DNA of 64,000 nt from Candidatus Omnitrophota bacterium (GTDB taxonomy: Bacteria; Omnitrophota; Gorgyraeia; Aquiviventales; Aquiviventaceae): positions 8,686-72,685 of the forward strand of contig JACPTX010000028.1 of NCBI GenBank assembly GCA_016192545.1, written 5' to 3'. Numbering within the stretch: the first letter of the stretch is position 1; the number at the start of each line of letters is the position of its first letter. A program made the position numbers and the translations under genes. This document shows, piece by piece, positions 47,349 through 58,213 of the stretch. The notes under the pieces are model-generated. The model saw only the letters and a list, made by a program, of their open reading frames with translations, had not been told where the DNA came from and made no database searches.

Positions 47349-50300
47349 ATGATCCAGTGGGTGCTCCAAAAACTCTTGGGGACGCAGAACGCGCGGGAGC
47401 TGAAGCGGCTCTGGCCGACGGTCGAGCGGATCAACCGGCTCGAACCGGACCTCCAGAAGCTCTCGGACGACCAACTGCGCGCCAAGACCGAGGAGTTCCG
47501 GGCCCGCCTGCGCGGGCGGATGGGCGGCACGCGCCTCATCGCGCCCAACAGCGCGGAGTGGTACGACCTCAGTTTCGAGGAGCGGCTCAAGCTGCGGCAG
47601 GAGCGGCGCGCGGTCCAGGACCGGTTCCTCAACGAGCTCCTGCCGGAGGCCTTTGCCGTGGTGCGCGAGGCGGCGCGGCGGACCGTCAACATGCGCCACT
47701 TCGACGTCCAGCTCATCGGCGGCATGGTCCTCCATGAGGGCAAGATCGCGGAGATGGCGACGGGGGAAGGGAAAACGCTCGTCGCCACCCTGGCCGTGTA
47801 CCTCAACGCGCTCACCGGCCGCGGCGTGCATGTCGTGACGGTCAACGACTACCTCGCCCGGCGCGATGCCCGCTGGATGGGGCCGATCTACCACGCGCTG
47901 GGATTGTCCGTCGGCGTGATCCAGGGGGTGGACCCGGCCGAGCGGCGCGGCGGCGCCGAGTCGCTGTCCTTCCTCTATGATCCGGCGTTCACCGCGACGG
48001 CCGAGCGGTTCCTGCAGCTGCAGCCGGTCAGCCGGCGGGAGGCCTACGCCGCCGACATCACCTACGGGCAGAACAACGAGTTCGGGTTCGACTACCTGCG
48101 CGACAACATGCGCTGGCGCCTGGACGACAGGGTCCAGCGCGAGTACCATTTCGCGGTGGTGGACGAGGTGGACAGCATCCTCATCGACGAGGCGCGCACC
48201 CCCCTCATCATCTCCGGCCCGGCCGAGGAGTCCACCGAGCTGTACTACCGCCTCGACAAGATCGTGGACCGCCTCCAGAAGGAGGCCGACTTCGAGGTGG
48301 ACGAGAAGCAGCGGGCGGTCAGCCTCACCGAGCAGGGTATTGCGCGCTGCGAGGAGCTGCTGAGCGTCGAGAACCTGTACGACGAGCTCAACATGCGCCT
48401 CGTCCACCACGTCAACCAGGCCCTGCGCGCCCACCAGCTCTTCCAGCGCGACGTGGATTACATGGTGAAGGACGACGAGATCATCATCGTGGATGAGTTC
48501 ACCGGCCGGCTCATGCCCGGGCGGCGCTGGAGCGACGGGCTGCACCAGGCGATCGAGGCGAAGGAGCAGGTGAAGATCCGCGAGGAGAACCAAACGCTCG
48601 CCTCGGTGACGTTCCAGAACTACTTCCGGATGTACGAGAAGCTCGCCGGCATGACCGGCACCGCCGCGACCGAGGCGCAGGAGTTCCGCGAAATCTACCG
48701 CCTCGACGTGGTCACGGTCCCGACCAATCAATCGCTCCTCCGCTTCACGAACCCGGACGTCGTGTTCAAGACCGAGGCGGAGAAGTTTCTCGCGGTCGCC
48801 GAGGAAATCGTCGAGCTCCACCGCCAGGGCCGTCCGGTGCTCGTCGGGACCATCTCCATCGAAAAGTCCGAGCGGCTCTCGCGCATGCTCAAAGAGCCCG
48901 GCCCCATGCTCACGCGCCTGGCGACGGTGTGCCGGTGGACCGCGGAGGAGCTGGCGAAAGAGGCGATCCCGGACGCGCTGAAGCAGTCGCTGACCCAATT
49001 GGTGAGCCGTCCGGCGATGCTGAACGACGCGGATGCGGCGAAGCTGTTGGAGCAGGTCAAGGCGGCGGCGCCGAAGTCCACGCTCGTCTGGCGCCTGGAA
49101 GACCTGGTGCGCCTGGCGCAGACGGCCGCCGCCATCAAGGCGGGCGTGCCGCACAACGTGCTCAACGCGAAGTACCACGAGCACGAGGCGCGCATCGTCG
49201 CGCAGGCCGGCCGCCTGGGCGCGGTGACCATCGCGACGAACATGGCCGGACGAGGCACCGACATCCTGCTCGGCGGCAATCCGCAGTTCCTCGCCGAGGA
49301 CGCCATCCGCGAGCGGGAGGCTGCCCCCGCCGATGGCGGGGCAGGTGGACGGCTGATCGCCGATGAGGAGAAGCGCGCGCTCAGCGAGCAGGTCCGCCGG
49401 CAGGCGGACGAGGAGCACAAGAACGTCGTCGCGCTGGGCGGCCTGCACATGCTGGGAACCGAGCGCCACGAGGCCCGCCGCATTGATAATCAGCTGCGGG
49501 GGCGGGCCGGCCGCCAGGGGGACCCCGGCTCGTCCCGCTTCTATCTCTCGCTTGAAGACGACCTCATGCGGATCTTCGGGTCGGACCGGATCGCCAAGCT
49601 GATGGAGTTCAAGTGGTTTCAGTGGGAAGAGGGGCTGCCGATCGAGCATCCCTGGGTGACGAAGTCCATCGAGACCGCCCAGCGCCGGGTCGAAGGGGAG
49701 AACTTCGAGGCGCGCAAGCACCTGCTGGAATACGACAACATCATGAACCGCCAGCGCGAGGTCATCTACGAGCAGCGGCGGCGCATCATCGAGGGCGTCC
49801 GGCTGGAGGCCTTCATCGAGGAGGTCATCGACGAGGTCGCCGATGAGCTGGTGGAGACCGCGGCGCCGAAAGAGCTGCGGCCGGACGCCTGGGACCTCGA
49901 CGGGCTGCGCACGGCACTGGGCCGCCAATTCGGCGTCGACGGCGCGATGGAGCTGGCGGGGCGGGACCGCGAGGGGCTCGCCGAGCAGATCAGCGAGCGG
50001 GTGAAGGCCGCCTACCATGCCAAGGAACAGGCGATCGGCCCTGAGCTGATGCGCCAGCTTGAGCGCAACGTGCTGCTGGCGGTGATGGACGGCAAGTGGA
50101 AGGACCACCTCTATATGATGGACGCGCTGCGCGAAGGCATCGGCCTGCGCGCCTACGGCCAGCGCGACCCGCTCGTCGAGTACCAGCGCGAGGCCTACGC
50201 GATGTTCCAGGACCTGGTGGCGTCGGTCAAGGCCGAGGCGCTCACGCTGCTGTTGCGCATCCAGCCCAAGGCCGAGGCCCAGCCGGTCAGCGTCTTCGCG

Positions 50301-50558
50301 AAGACCCCGCAGCAGGAGGTCCATGAGGAGGTTTCGACGAAACTGGCGGACCGTTTTCCTGCAGAAGGCTCTAGGCTGAAGGCTGAAGGCCGGTCAGAAG
50401 AGGGAAGCGGGTTTGGCCTGGAGCCTGGAGCCTCGAGCCTGGAGCCAGCCCGTAGCTCTCCGGGGATGCCGTACCACCGGACCGGCCCCAAGGTCGGTAG
50501 GAACGACCCCTGCCCCTGCGGCAGCGGCCTGAAATACAAAAAGTGCCACGGCAAATAA
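47349..50558 (+). CDS. secA: Preprotein translocase ATPase SecA
   Basis: [60 protein letters not shown]. Confidence 0.98.
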   Translation: MIQWVLQKLLGTQNARELKRLWPTVERINRLEPDLQKLSDDQLRAKTEEFRARLRGRMGGTRLIAPNSAEWYDLSFEERLKLRQERRAVQDRFLNELLPEAFAVVREAARRTVNMRHFDVQLIGGMVLHEGKIAEMATGEGKTLVATLAVYLNALTGRGVHVVTVNDYLARRDARWMGPIYHALGLSVGVIQGVDPAERRGGAESLSFLYDPAFTATAERFLQLQPVSRREAYAADITYGQNNEFGFDYLRDNMRWRLDDRVQREYHFAVVDEVDSILIDEARTPLIISGPAEESTELYYRLDKIVDRLQKEADFEVDEKQRAVSLTEQGIARCEELLSVENLYDELNMRLVHHVNQALRAHQLFQRDVDYMVKDDEIIIVDEFTGRLMPGRRWSDGLHQAIEAKEQVKIREENQTLASVTFQNYFRMYEKLAGMTGTAATEAQEFREIYRLDVVTVPTNQSLLRFTNPDVVFKTEAEKFLAVAEEIVELHRQGRPVLVGTISIEKSERLSRMLKEPGPMLTRLATVCRWTAEELAKEAIPDALKQSLTQLVSRPAMLNDADAAKLLEQVKAAAPKSTLVWRLEDLVRLAQTAAAIKAGVPHNVLNAKYHEHEARIVAQAGRLGAVTIATNMAGRGTDILLGGNPQFLAEDAIREREAAPADGGAGGRLIADEEKRALSEQVRRQADEEHKNVVALGGLHMLGTERHEARRIDNQLRGRAGRQGDPGSSRFYLSLEDDLMRIFGSDRIAKLMEFKWFQWEEGLPIEHPWVTKSIETAQRRVEGENFEARKHLLEYDNIMNRQREVIYEQRRRIIEGVRLEAFIEEVIDEVADELVETAAPKELRPDAWDLDGLRTALGRQFGVDGAMELAGRDREGLAEQISERVKAAYHAKEQAIGPELMRQLERNVLLAVMDGKWKDHLYMMDALREGIGLRAYGQRDPLVEYQREAYAMFQDLVASVKAEALTLLLRIQPKAEAQPVSVFAKTPQQEVHEEVSTKLADRFPAEGSRLKAEGRSEEGSGFGLEPGASSLEPARSSPGMPYHRTGPKVGRNDPCPCGSGLKYKKCHGK
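50364..50446. repeat. Heptamer hairpin inserted in frame in the secA C-terminal linker
   Basis: gaaggc tctaggc tgaaggc tgaaggc ... gcctgga gcctgga gcctcga gcctgga gcc. Confidence 0.85.
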
Positions 50559-52156
50559 TCGGAATAGGGGACGTTTCTATTTTTCAATCACCCTCATCCA
50601 AAATTAGAAACGTCCCCATTTTTCTACTTCGCTTGATCTTGGCGCTCAGTAGCGCCGCGCTCCTCGTCGTGTCCTTCCCGAATGTCAACCAGCCGTACTG
50701 CGCGTGGGTCGCGCTGGTGCCGTGGCTGGTGCTGCTCCAAAAAGTGCCCTCTTTAGCGGCGTTCGGGTGGTCGTGGCTGACCGGCTTCCTTTTTTTCCTC
50801 GGCTCGCTGTGGTGGCTCGTACATCTGACGGCCTTCGGCGGCCCGGCGGCGATCCTCGGCTGGCTCGCGCTGTGCGCCTACCTCGCGCTGTACTTCGGCG
50901 TATTTGGGTGGGTCGTTCAACGTTTCACGTTGCACGTTTCACGTTTCGCGCAGTTGTTACTCGTTCCTTCTGCATGGGTGGCACTCGAATATCTGCGCAG
51001 CCACCTCCTCTCAGGATTCGGCTGGAACCTCCTGGGCTATTCCCAGACGCCGGCGCTGTCGGCGATTCAGATGGCGGATCTCACCGGCGTATGGGGCGTG
51101 TCGTTCGTGCTCGTGCTGATGAACGCCGGCATCGCGCAGTACCTCACGGAGCAGGACCGCCGGCGGCGCGTGATCGGCGTGCTCATCGGCATCGGGGCGG
51201 TGGCGGCCATGTGGCAGTACGGCACGTGGCGGCTGGGCCAGACGTTCCAGGGCCCGCCGGCCCGGATCGCCGTCGTGCAGGGCAACATCCCGCAGCAGGA
51301 GAAGTGGGACGAGGCGTTTGAGGCCGCCATCCTGGAACGGTATGCGCGGCTGACGCGCCAGGCCGCCCAACAGGGGCCGCAGCTCGTCGTCTGGCCCGAG
51401 ACCTCGGTGCCCGGATATTTGGGACTCGATGAGGCGTTGACGGACCAGGTGAGTTTCTTGGCGCGCAGCGTGAAGATCCCGTTGCTGGTCGGCGCGCCGA
51501 TGGGCGTGTTTCGAGGTGAGCGGTGGGCTCTGACCAACAGCGCGGCCCTGCTCGAGGCCGACGGGGCGCCGTTGGAATCGGCCGCGCCGTGGCTGCGCGC
51601 CATCCTGCCGCCGATCGGCGAGTTCGTGCCGGGCCACGAGTTCACGGTCTTCAGACTCGGCCGTTCAAGGTTCAAGGTTCTAGGTTCTAGGCCAGACCTT
51701 GAACCTTCAACCTCGAACCTCGAACTGGCGTTTAGCGTGTTGGTCTGTTTCGAAGACGTCTTCCCGGAGCTGGCCCGCCGGTTCGTCCGGCGCGGCGCGC
51801 GGCTGCTGATGACCATCACGAACGACGCGTGGTTCGGCAAGACGGCCGCGGCCTACCAGCATGCCCAGGCCTCGACCTTCCGGGCGGTCGAGCTGCGCGT
51901 ACCCATGGTGCGGGCCGCCAACACCGGCTGGTCCGGCTGCATTGATGCCCACGGCCGGTGGGTCGCCAGCGTCAAGGACGCCGCAGGGCAGGAGCTCTTC
52001 ACGGAGGGCGTGGCGCTCTGCGAGGTGGCGGCGGGTGACGCCGACCCCGCCTTCGGCGAGGCAGGGACTCCCTACCGGCGCTGGGGGGACTGGTTCGCCT
52101 GGCTGTGCGTGCTGGGATGCCTTGGCTGGGCAATTTTTGCTATAATGAAACGTTAA
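50543..52156 (+). CDS. lnt: Apolipoprotein N-acyltransferase; catalytic-Lys segment missing in this sequence; start uncertain
   Basis: [42 protein letters not shown]; YDK..LVPFGE absent at ~51567. Confidence 0.9.
   Translation: MPRQIIGIGDVSIFQSPSSKIRNVPIFLLRLILALSSAALLVVSFPNVNQPYCAWVALVPWLVLLQKVPSLAAFGWSWLTGFLFFLGSLWWLVHLTAFGGPAAILGWLALCAYLALYFGVFGWVVQRFTLHVSRFAQLLLVPSAWVALEYLRSHLLSGFGWNLLGYSQTPALSAIQMADLTGVWGVSFVLVLMNAGIAQYLTEQDRRRRVIGVLIGIGAVAAMWQYGTWRLGQTFQGPPARIAVVQGNIPQQEKWDEAFEAAILERYARLTRQAAQQGPQLVVWPETSVPGYLGLDEALTDQVSFLARSVKIPLLVGAPMGVFRGERWALTNSAALLEADGAPLESAAPWLRAILPPIGEFVPGHEFTVFRLGRSRFKVLGSRPDLEPSTSNLELAFSVLVCFEDVFPELARRFVRRGARLLMTITNDAWFGKTAAAYQHAQASTFRAVELRVPMVRAANTGWSGCIDAHGRWVASVKDAAGQELFTEGVALCEVAAGDADPAFGEAGTPYRRWGDWFAWLCVLGCLGWAIFAIMKR
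50567..50617. repeat. 13-bp inverted repeat at the secA-lnt junction
   Basis: ggggacgtttcta ... tagaaacgtcccc. Confidence 0.8.
50914..50948. repeat. Five CGTTTCA-type heptamers inside lnt
   Basis: cgttcaa cgtttca cgttgca cgtttca cgtttcg, encoding [11 protein letters not shown]. Confidence 0.8.
51663..51725. repeat. 4x7/4x7 heptamer hairpin inserted in frame in lnt
   Basis: ttcaagg ttcaagg ttctagg ttctagg-ccaga-ccttgaa ccttcaa cctcgaa cctcgaa. Confidence 0.9.
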
Positions 52157-52170
52157 CCCTCTCTATTCCC

Positions 52171-53694
52171 GTGGCTTCCAACGACCAAACCGTCAACCGG
52201 CGCGACAAATTTGACGCTCTCAAGCGGCAGGGGCGTTCGCCATTCGACCAGCGGCGCTTCCACAAGGGAGAGTCTATTCGCGAACTGGTCAACAGCTTCA
52301 CGCCGGAGACGCTCGTCGTCTCAACTGCGGGGCGTCTGAGCGCGATCCGCGGCCACGGCGGGCTGATCTTCGGAGATCTGCGGGACGCCACCGGCAAGAT
52401 TCAGATTTCAGTCAAGCGGGACGCGGTCGGAGAGACGGCGTGGTCGCTCTTTGAGCACCTGGATCTCGGGGACATCATCGGCGTCACCGGTCCGCTGTTC
52501 AAGACCAAGACCGGCGAGGTGACGGTCGCCGTGGACTCCGTCACCCTGCTGGCGAAAGCCCTACGGCCGATGCCGGAGAAATGGCACGGGCTGAAGGATG
52601 TCGAGGTCCGCTACCGCAAGCGGTATTTGGACCTCATCGCCAACGAGCCGGTGCGCCGGGTATTCGAGCAGCGCGCGCGCCTGCTGGCGAGTTTGCGCCG
52701 GACGCTGGACGCGGGCGGGTTCCTGGAAGTCGAAACGCCCATGATGCACGCCATCCCGGGCGGGGCGGCAGGGGAGCCGTTCGTCACGCACCATAAGGCG
52801 CTGGACGTGGACCTCTATATGCGGCTGGCTCCGGAGCTGCACCTGAAGCGGCTCCTGGTCGGCGGCTTCGACCGCGTCTATGAGATGAACCGGTCGTTCC
52901 GCAACGAGGGCATTTCGAGCCGGCACAACCCCGAGTTCACCATGCTCGAGGCCTACCAGGCCTACTGGGACTGTCGGGATATGATGGAGCTGGTGGAGCG
53001 CCTCATCAAGCAGGCCGCGCAGGACGTGCTGGGGACGCTGACGTTCCAGTACCAGGAGCGGACCATTGACTTGTCGCCGTCTGGGTCCTGGCCGAAGTTG
53101 TCGTTTACCGAGACCATGCAACAGCTTGGCTTGTCACCCGATTCGTCACAGGAACAGATTCAGCGCGTCTTGGAAAAGAAGGGCATCAAGCTCAAGGGAC
53201 TGACGCGCTCCCAGCTCGTGCGGCTCACCGAGCAGCTGATCGAGCAGTTCGTCGAACCGCAGTCCACGCGGTTCCCGCTCTTCGTCGTGGACTACTGGAC
53301 CGAGCTGTCGCCGCTGGCCAAGAGCAAAGCGGACAACCCGCTGGTGGCGGACCGCTTCGAGCTGTTCATCGGCGGGATGGAAGTCGCCAACGCGTACTCC
53401 GAGCAGAACGACCCCATCGAGCAGCGCCGCCGCTTCGAGGCGCAAAGACGAGAGCGCGTTCAAGGTTCAAGGGTGAAGGTTCAAGGGAAAAACCTCGAAC
53501 CTCGAACCTTGAACCTTGAACGGCAGATTGATGAGGACTTCCTTGAAGCGCTGGAATACGGGATGCCGCCGGCTGGCGGGCTTGGCGTCGGCGTGGACCG
53601 GCTCGCGATGCTCCTGTTCAATCAACCCTCGATCAAGGATGTCATCCTGTTCCCGTTATTAAAGCCCAGCGAGGGGTCCCGTGATGCCGTATGA
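52171..53694 (+). CDS. lysS: Lysyl-tRNA synthetase class II
   Basis: RYRKRYLDLI, FLEVETP, RSFRNEG...RHNPEF, DRFELF, YGMPPAGG.G.G.DRL; GTG start inferred. Confidence 0.97.
   Translation: MASNDQTVNRRDKFDALKRQGRSPFDQRRFHKGESIRELVNSFTPETLVVSTAGRLSAIRGHGGLIFGDLRDATGKIQISVKRDAVGETAWSLFEHLDLGDIIGVTGPLFKTKTGEVTVAVDSVTLLAKALRPMPEKWHGLKDVEVRYRKRYLDLIANEPVRRVFEQRARLLASLRRTLDAGGFLEVETPMMHAIPGGAAGEPFVTHHKALDVDLYMRLAPELHLKRLLVGGFDRVYEMNRSFRNEGISSRHNPEFTMLEAYQAYWDCRDMMELVERLIKQAAQDVLGTLTFQYQERTIDLSPSGSWPKLSFTETMQQLGLSPDSSQEQIQRVLEKKGIKLKGLTRSQLVRLTEQLIEQFVEPQSTRFPLFVVDYWTELSPLAKSKADNPLVADRFELFIGGMEVANAYSEQNDPIEQRRRFEAQRRERVQGSRVKVQGKNLEPRTLNLERQIDEDFLEALEYGMPPAGGLGVGVDRLAMLLFNQPSIKDVILFPLLKPSEGSRDAV
53457..53522. 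repeat. 4x7/4x7 heptamer hairpin inserted in frame in lysS
   Basis: cg ttcaagg ttcaagg gtgaagg ttcaagg-gaaaaa-cctcgaa cctcgaa ccttgaa ccttgaa cg. Confidence 0.9.
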
Positions 53695-54785
53695 GGTGTG
53701 GCTAGGCCTGCGCTACCTGTTGAATCGGCGGCGCGAGCGGTTCGTGTCGGTCATCGCGGTGCTGTCCATCGGCGGGGTCGCGCTGGGGGTCATGGCGCTG
53801 CTCATCGTCCTGTCGGTGATGAGCGGGTTCGACCACGACCTCAAGGAAAAGCTCATCGGCGCCAACGCCCACCTGACCGTGGAGGCGGCGAGGGACATCG
53901 GCCAGGTCGAGGAGTTGGTCCGCGCGATCTCGGCGAGCGAGCACGTCGTCGGCGCCAGCCCCTTCATCACCGGGCAGGCGATCGTGCGGTCTCGTCGTCG
54001 GCCAGCTGCCGGCGAGCGACCAAGATGTGGTGATCGGGGTGGAGCTGGCGCGCTTCCTGGGATTACGGCGGGGCGATCCGCTGCGGCTCATCAGCCCGGC
54101 GGACGGCAAGGCGCATGAGCTGGTGGTGAGCGGCCTGTTCCGCTCCGGTATGTACGAATTCGACGCGGGGCTCATCGGGGTGAGCCTGCGGCGCGCGCAG
54201 CAGCTCTTCGCGCTGCCCGGGACGGTGACGGGCGTGGCGGTCCGCGTCGACCAGCTCGAGCGGGCCGAGGCCGTCAAAGCCCAGCTGGCCCAGGCGCTGG
54301 GCGGCGCGTACCTCGTCAAGACGTGGATGGAATTGAACCAGACGCTCTTCGACGCGTTGAAGCTGGAGAAGATCACAATGTTCGTCATCCTGACGCTCAT
54401 CGTGCTCGTCGCGGCGGTGAACATCGTCTCGACCCTCATCATGATGGTCATCGAGAAGACGCGCGACATCGGGATCCTCAAGTCGATCGGCGCCTCCAGC
54501 GGCTCGGTCGGCTGGATTTTTACGTGGCAGGGGCTCCTCATCGGCGCGATCGGCACGACGCTGGGGCTGGCCGGGGCGTGGCTGGTCGTGTGGCTGCTGG
54601 ACACGTACCACTTCATCCAACTGCCCAGCACGATCTACTACCTGGATCACCTGCCGGTGCGCATCGAGTGGGCCGACTGGGGCGTGACGGTCGGCGCGGC
54701 GATGCTCATCAGCCTGCTGGCGACGGTGTATCCGGCGCGGCAGGCCGCGCGGATGAATCCGGTGGAAGCGCTGCGCTATGAGTAA
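53684..54785 (+). pseudogene. lolE: Lipoprotein-releasing ABC permease LolC/E with deletion and frameshift at ~53990 (possibly an assembly artefact)
   Basis: GVALGV.ALLIVLSVMSGF..ANAH..GQAIVR, then the other frame continues LVVGQLP..VIG.ELA, SGMYEFD, EKTRDIGILK..GA, YPARQAA...PVEALRYE. Confidence 0.85.
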
Positions 54786-54787
54786 GG

Positions 54788-55468
54788 ATGCTTGAAGCGC
54801 GGCATGTGCACAAGACGTACCGCACCGGCGCGGTGCCGCTGCATGTGCTCAAGGGGGTCAACCTGACGGTGGCACCGGGGGAGTTCGTCGCGGTCACCGG
54901 CCCCTCCGGCGCCGGGAAGTCGACGCTGCTGCACGTGCTGGCGGGGCTGGACGTGCCGAGCCAGGGCGACGTGCTGTGGGAAGGCCGGTCCCTGGCGAAG
55001 ATGACCGACCGGCAGCGCGCGCACTTCCGTAATCGGACGATCGGGGTCATCTTTCAGTTCTATCATCTGCTGCCGGAGCTCTCGGCGCTGGAGAACGTCA
55101 TGCTGCCGGCCCTGGTGGAGGCCCAGGAGGGCCGCCGGGAGCTGCGCCCGCGGGCGCTGGAGTGCCTGGAGCAGGTGCGGCTGAAGGCCCGCGCCGCGCA
55201 CAAACCCTCGCAATTGTCGGGCGGGGAGCTGCAGCGGCTGGCGATGGCGCGCGCGCTCATCAACCGCCCGAAGGTCATCTTCTGCGACGAGCCGACCGGC
55301 AACCTCGATTCGCAGACCGGGCAGGCGGTGATGGACCTGCTGGTGGATCTGCATCAGCGGCAGCACATGGCGCTGGTGCTGGTGACGCATGAGCACGCGT
55401 TTGCGCAATTGGCGGATCGGTGGCTGGGGCTGCAGGACGGGCAGTTCGCACATGAAGCCGCAACTTAG
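54788..55468 (+). CDS. lolD: Lipoprotein-releasing ABC ATPase LolD
   Basis: [31 protein letters not shown]. Confidence 0.9.
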   Translation: MLEARHVHKTYRTGAVPLHVLKGVNLTVAPGEFVAVTGPSGAGKSTLLHVLAGLDVPSQGDVLWEGRSLAKMTDRQRAHFRNRTIGVIFQFYHLLPELSALENVMLPALVEAQEGRRELRPRALECLEQVRLKARAAHKPSQLSGGELQRLAMARALINRPKVIFCDEPTGNLDSQTGQAVMDLLVDLHQRQHMALVLVTHEHAFAQLADRWLGLQDGQFAHEAAT

Positions 55469-55590
55469 CGAGCGAAGCGATGCTAAGTTGCATGGCTGAA
55501 TGTGCCCCGCCCGCTTTGCTTCGCAAAGCGAAGCAGGCGGGGTCAATTCGCGCAGTGACTTACGTTCGCTAGCGCTCCGTAAGTCACGCG
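55460..55590. repeat. Cluster of three hairpins between lolD and ilvE
   Basis: gcaacttagc/gctaagttgc; ccccgcc..cgctttgc/gcaaagcg..ggcgggg; gtgacttacg/cgtaagtcac. Confidence 0.75.
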
Positions 55591-55609
55591 CTCATTGAAG
55601 GAGGGCGAC

Positions 55610-56476
55610 GTGAAAGTCTACCTGAACGGCAAATTCGTGGACCGGCAGGCGGCGACGGTGTCGGTGTTCGACCACGGGCTGTTGTACGGCGACGGGGTGT
55701 TCGAGGGGATCCGCTCCTACAACGGGCTCATCTTCAAGCTCCACGAGCATCTCGACCGGCTCTTCGAGTCGGCGCACACGATCATGCTCAAGATCCCGCT
55801 CTCGAAGCCGGAGCTGGCCGACGCGGTGCGGCAGTCCCTGCGCGTGAACAAGCTGTCCAACGCCTACATCCGGCTCGTCGTGACGCGCGGCGAGGGGGAC
55901 CTGGGGCTCGACCCGCGCAAGTGCACGCGCCCGACGGTGTTCGTGATCGCGGACCGCATCGAGCTCTACCCCAAGAAGCTCTACGAGCAGGGCCTGGAGC
56001 TCATCACGGTGGCGACCCAGCGCAACGTGCCGGAGGCGCTGAACCCGCAGATCAAGTCGCTCAACTACCTCAACAACATCCTCGCGAAGATCGAGGCGAT
56101 CACCGCGGGATATGAAGAGGCGATCATGCTCTCCCCGTCGGGCTACGTGACCGAGTGCACCGGGGAGAATATCTTCGTCGTGTCAGGCAAGCGGCTCCTC
56201 ACGCCGCCGCCCTACATCGGCGTCCTGCGCGGGATCACGCGCCGGAGCGTCATGGAGCTGGGGCGCAAGCAGAAGCTGGACGTGGCCGAGGAGCTCCTGA
56301 CGCGCTACGACCTGTTCAACGCGGAGGAGTGCTTCCTGACCGGCACCGCCGCCGAGATCGTGCCGGTGGTCAAGATTGACGGCCGCGTGATCGGCGCCGG
56401 CAAGCCCGGCCCGGCGACCAGGCAGCTCCAGGCGGCCTTCCGCCGGCTGACGAAGACCGAGGGTGTGCGCTACTAG
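55610..56476 (+). CDS. ilvE: Branched-chain amino acid aminotransferase
   Basis: DHGLLYGDGVFEGIR, KSLNYLNN, ECTGENIF, GITR, TGTAAE. Confidence 0.93.
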   Translation: MKVYLNGKFVDRQAATVSVFDHGLLYGDGVFEGIRSYNGLIFKLHEHLDRLFESAHTIMLKIPLSKPELADAVRQSLRVNKLSNAYIRLVVTRGEGDLGLDPRKCTRPTVFVIADRIELYPKKLYEQGLELITVATQRNVPEALNPQIKSLNYLNNILAKIEAITAGYEEAIMLSPSGYVTECTGENIFVVSGKRLLTPPPYIGVLRGITRRSVMELGRKQKLDVAEELLTRYDLFNAEECFLTGTAAEIVPVVKIDGRVIGAGKPGPATRQLQAAFRRLTKTEGVRY

Positions 56477-56588
56477 TTCCGACGCATCAGGTTACGTCAT
56501 ATCCCCGGTTCGCACACGGTCGGTGGCGCTGTGATTTTCGATGAAAAACTGCTACAATTAAGGTGTCTGACACCGTGAGGGAATCGCC

Positions 56589-57107
56589 ATGGTCTGCGAC
56601 GCCTGTAAACAACAGCAAGCGACGGTCCATTTGACGGAAATCGTCAATGACGAGATGACCGAGCTGCACCTCTGCGAGGCGTGCGCCAACCAGAAGGGCG
56701 CCCAGGTGGAAAGCCACTTCGGGCTGTCCGACTTGCTGGGGGGCCTGGCCGAGGTCGGCAAGACCCAGGAGCCCGAGGAAGAGGTCGCCGCCAAGGCCTG
56801 CCCCAGCTGCGGGATGACCTATGAAGATTTCCGCAAGGTGGGGCGGCTGGGCTGCGCGGAGTGCTACACGACCTTCAAGCGGAATCTGGCGACGCTGCTC
56901 AAGCGGATCCACGGCTCGCCGCATCATCTGGGCAAGTCGCCGGGCCGGCTGGTCAAACCGCCGAAGGCCAAGCTGGAGTTGACCGAGCTCAAGAAGCGGC
57001 TCGAGCGCGCGATTGAGATGGAGGAATTCGAGGAGGCGGCCCATCTCCGGGACCAGATCCGGGAGCTGGAGCATCAGGATCGCACGAAGAAGAAAAGCGG
57101 CGAGTGA
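56589..57107 (+). CDS. mcsA: McsA (CxxC x4 plus UVR domain)
   Basis: CDAC, CEAC, CPSC, GRLGCAECY, EEFEEAA.LRD.I. Confidence 0.92.
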   Translation: MVCDACKQQQATVHLTEIVNDEMTELHLCEACANQKGAQVESHFGLSDLLGGLAEVGKTQEPEEEVAAKACPSCGMTYEDFRKVGRLGCAECYTTFKRNLATLLKRIHGSPHHLGKSPGRLVKPPKAKLELTELKKRLERAIEMEEFEEAAHLRDQIRELEHQDRTKKKSGE

Positions 57108-58195
57108 CGATGGCGAAGGAACTGGACGATCTGCTGAAACAGACGAGCGAGTGGCTGCGGGGCGTGGGGCCGGTGTCGGAGATCGTGATGTCCAGCCGCC
57201 TCCGGCTGGCCCGCAACTTCGACAAGCTGCCCTTTGCGACGCGCTCGACCAAGGTCTCGCAGGCCGAGGTGCTGCGCATCGCCAAGGAGGGGATTCTCCA
57301 GGCGCCCTCGATGGGCACGCCGCTCATCTTCGAGATGGCGGAGCTGGATGAGGTGGACCGCCTGTTTCTCGTCGAGCGGCATCTCATCAGCCGGGAGCAC
57401 GCCAGCCGGCCGGACCATCGGGCGGTGGCCATCGGCAAGGGCGAGGTCATCAGCATCATGATCAACGAAGAAGACCACCTGCGCGTCCAGGTGATGCAGT
57501 CGGGGCTGAACCTCCACGAAGCCTGGACGCTGATCGACACGCTGGATGACGAGCTCTCGGAAGCCGTCCCGTTCGCCTACTCGACGGACTGGGGGTATCT
57601 CACGTGCTGCCTGACGAACACGGGCACGGGCCTGCGGGCCTCCGTGATGGTCCACCTGCCGGCGCTCGTCATCACGAAGCAGATCAACAAGGTCCTCCAT
57701 GCGATCACGAAGCTGGGGCTGACCGCGCGCGGGCTCTACGGCGAGGGGACCGAGGCGTCGGGCAACTTCTTCCAGATTTCGAACCAGGTGTCGCTGGGGC
57801 GGACCGAGGAAGAGCTCGTCGAGAACATCGAGCGCATCCTCAAGCAGGTCATCGGCCATGAGCAGAGCGCGCGCGAGGGGCTCCTGGCGCACAACCGCGT
57901 CCAGCTGGAAGACCGCATCTGGCGGGCCTACGGCATCCTCCGGCACGCGCAGACCATGAGCTCCAACGAGACGCTGGACCTGCTGTCGGCGCTGCGCCTC
58001 GGCGTCGACCTGGGGATCATGACCAACGGCAGCGCCCCCGGCCGCACGCCGCTGGACCGCTCGACGGTCAATGAGCTGCTGATCTTTTCGCAGCCGGCCC
58101 ACCTGCAGAAGGTCGAGGGCGCCAAGCTGTCCGCGCAGGAACGGGACACGAAACGGGCGGCGCTGATCCGGCAGCGGCTCGGCGTCCGCGACTGA
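57104..58195 (+). CDS. mcsB: Protein arginine kinase McsB
   Basis: SSR.RLARN, LVERHLIS, NEEDHLR, GYLTCC.TN.GTG.RAS, QISNQ. Confidence 0.95.
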   Translation: MTMAKELDDLLKQTSEWLRGVGPVSEIVMSSRLRLARNFDKLPFATRSTKVSQAEVLRIAKEGILQAPSMGTPLIFEMAELDEVDRLFLVERHLISREHASRPDHRAVAIGKGEVISIMINEEDHLRVQVMQSGLNLHEAWTLIDTLDDELSEAVPFAYSTDWGYLTCCLTNTGTGLRASVMVHLPALVITKQINKVLHAITKLGLTARGLYGEGTEASGNFFQISNQVSLGRTEEELVENIERILKQVIGHEQSAREGLLAHNRVQLEDRIWRAYGILRHAQTMSSNETLDLLSALRLGVDLGIMTNGSAPGRTPLDRSTVNELLIFSQPAHLQKVEGAKLSAQERDTKRAALIRQRLGVRD

Positions 58196-58213
58196 GCGAA
58201 CAAGGAGCATCCG

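Noticed and set aside
53980-54000. Programmed frameshifting to explain lolE (and gpmA)
   Set aside because: Conserved residues are physically absent and there is no slippery site, so recoding cannot restore them
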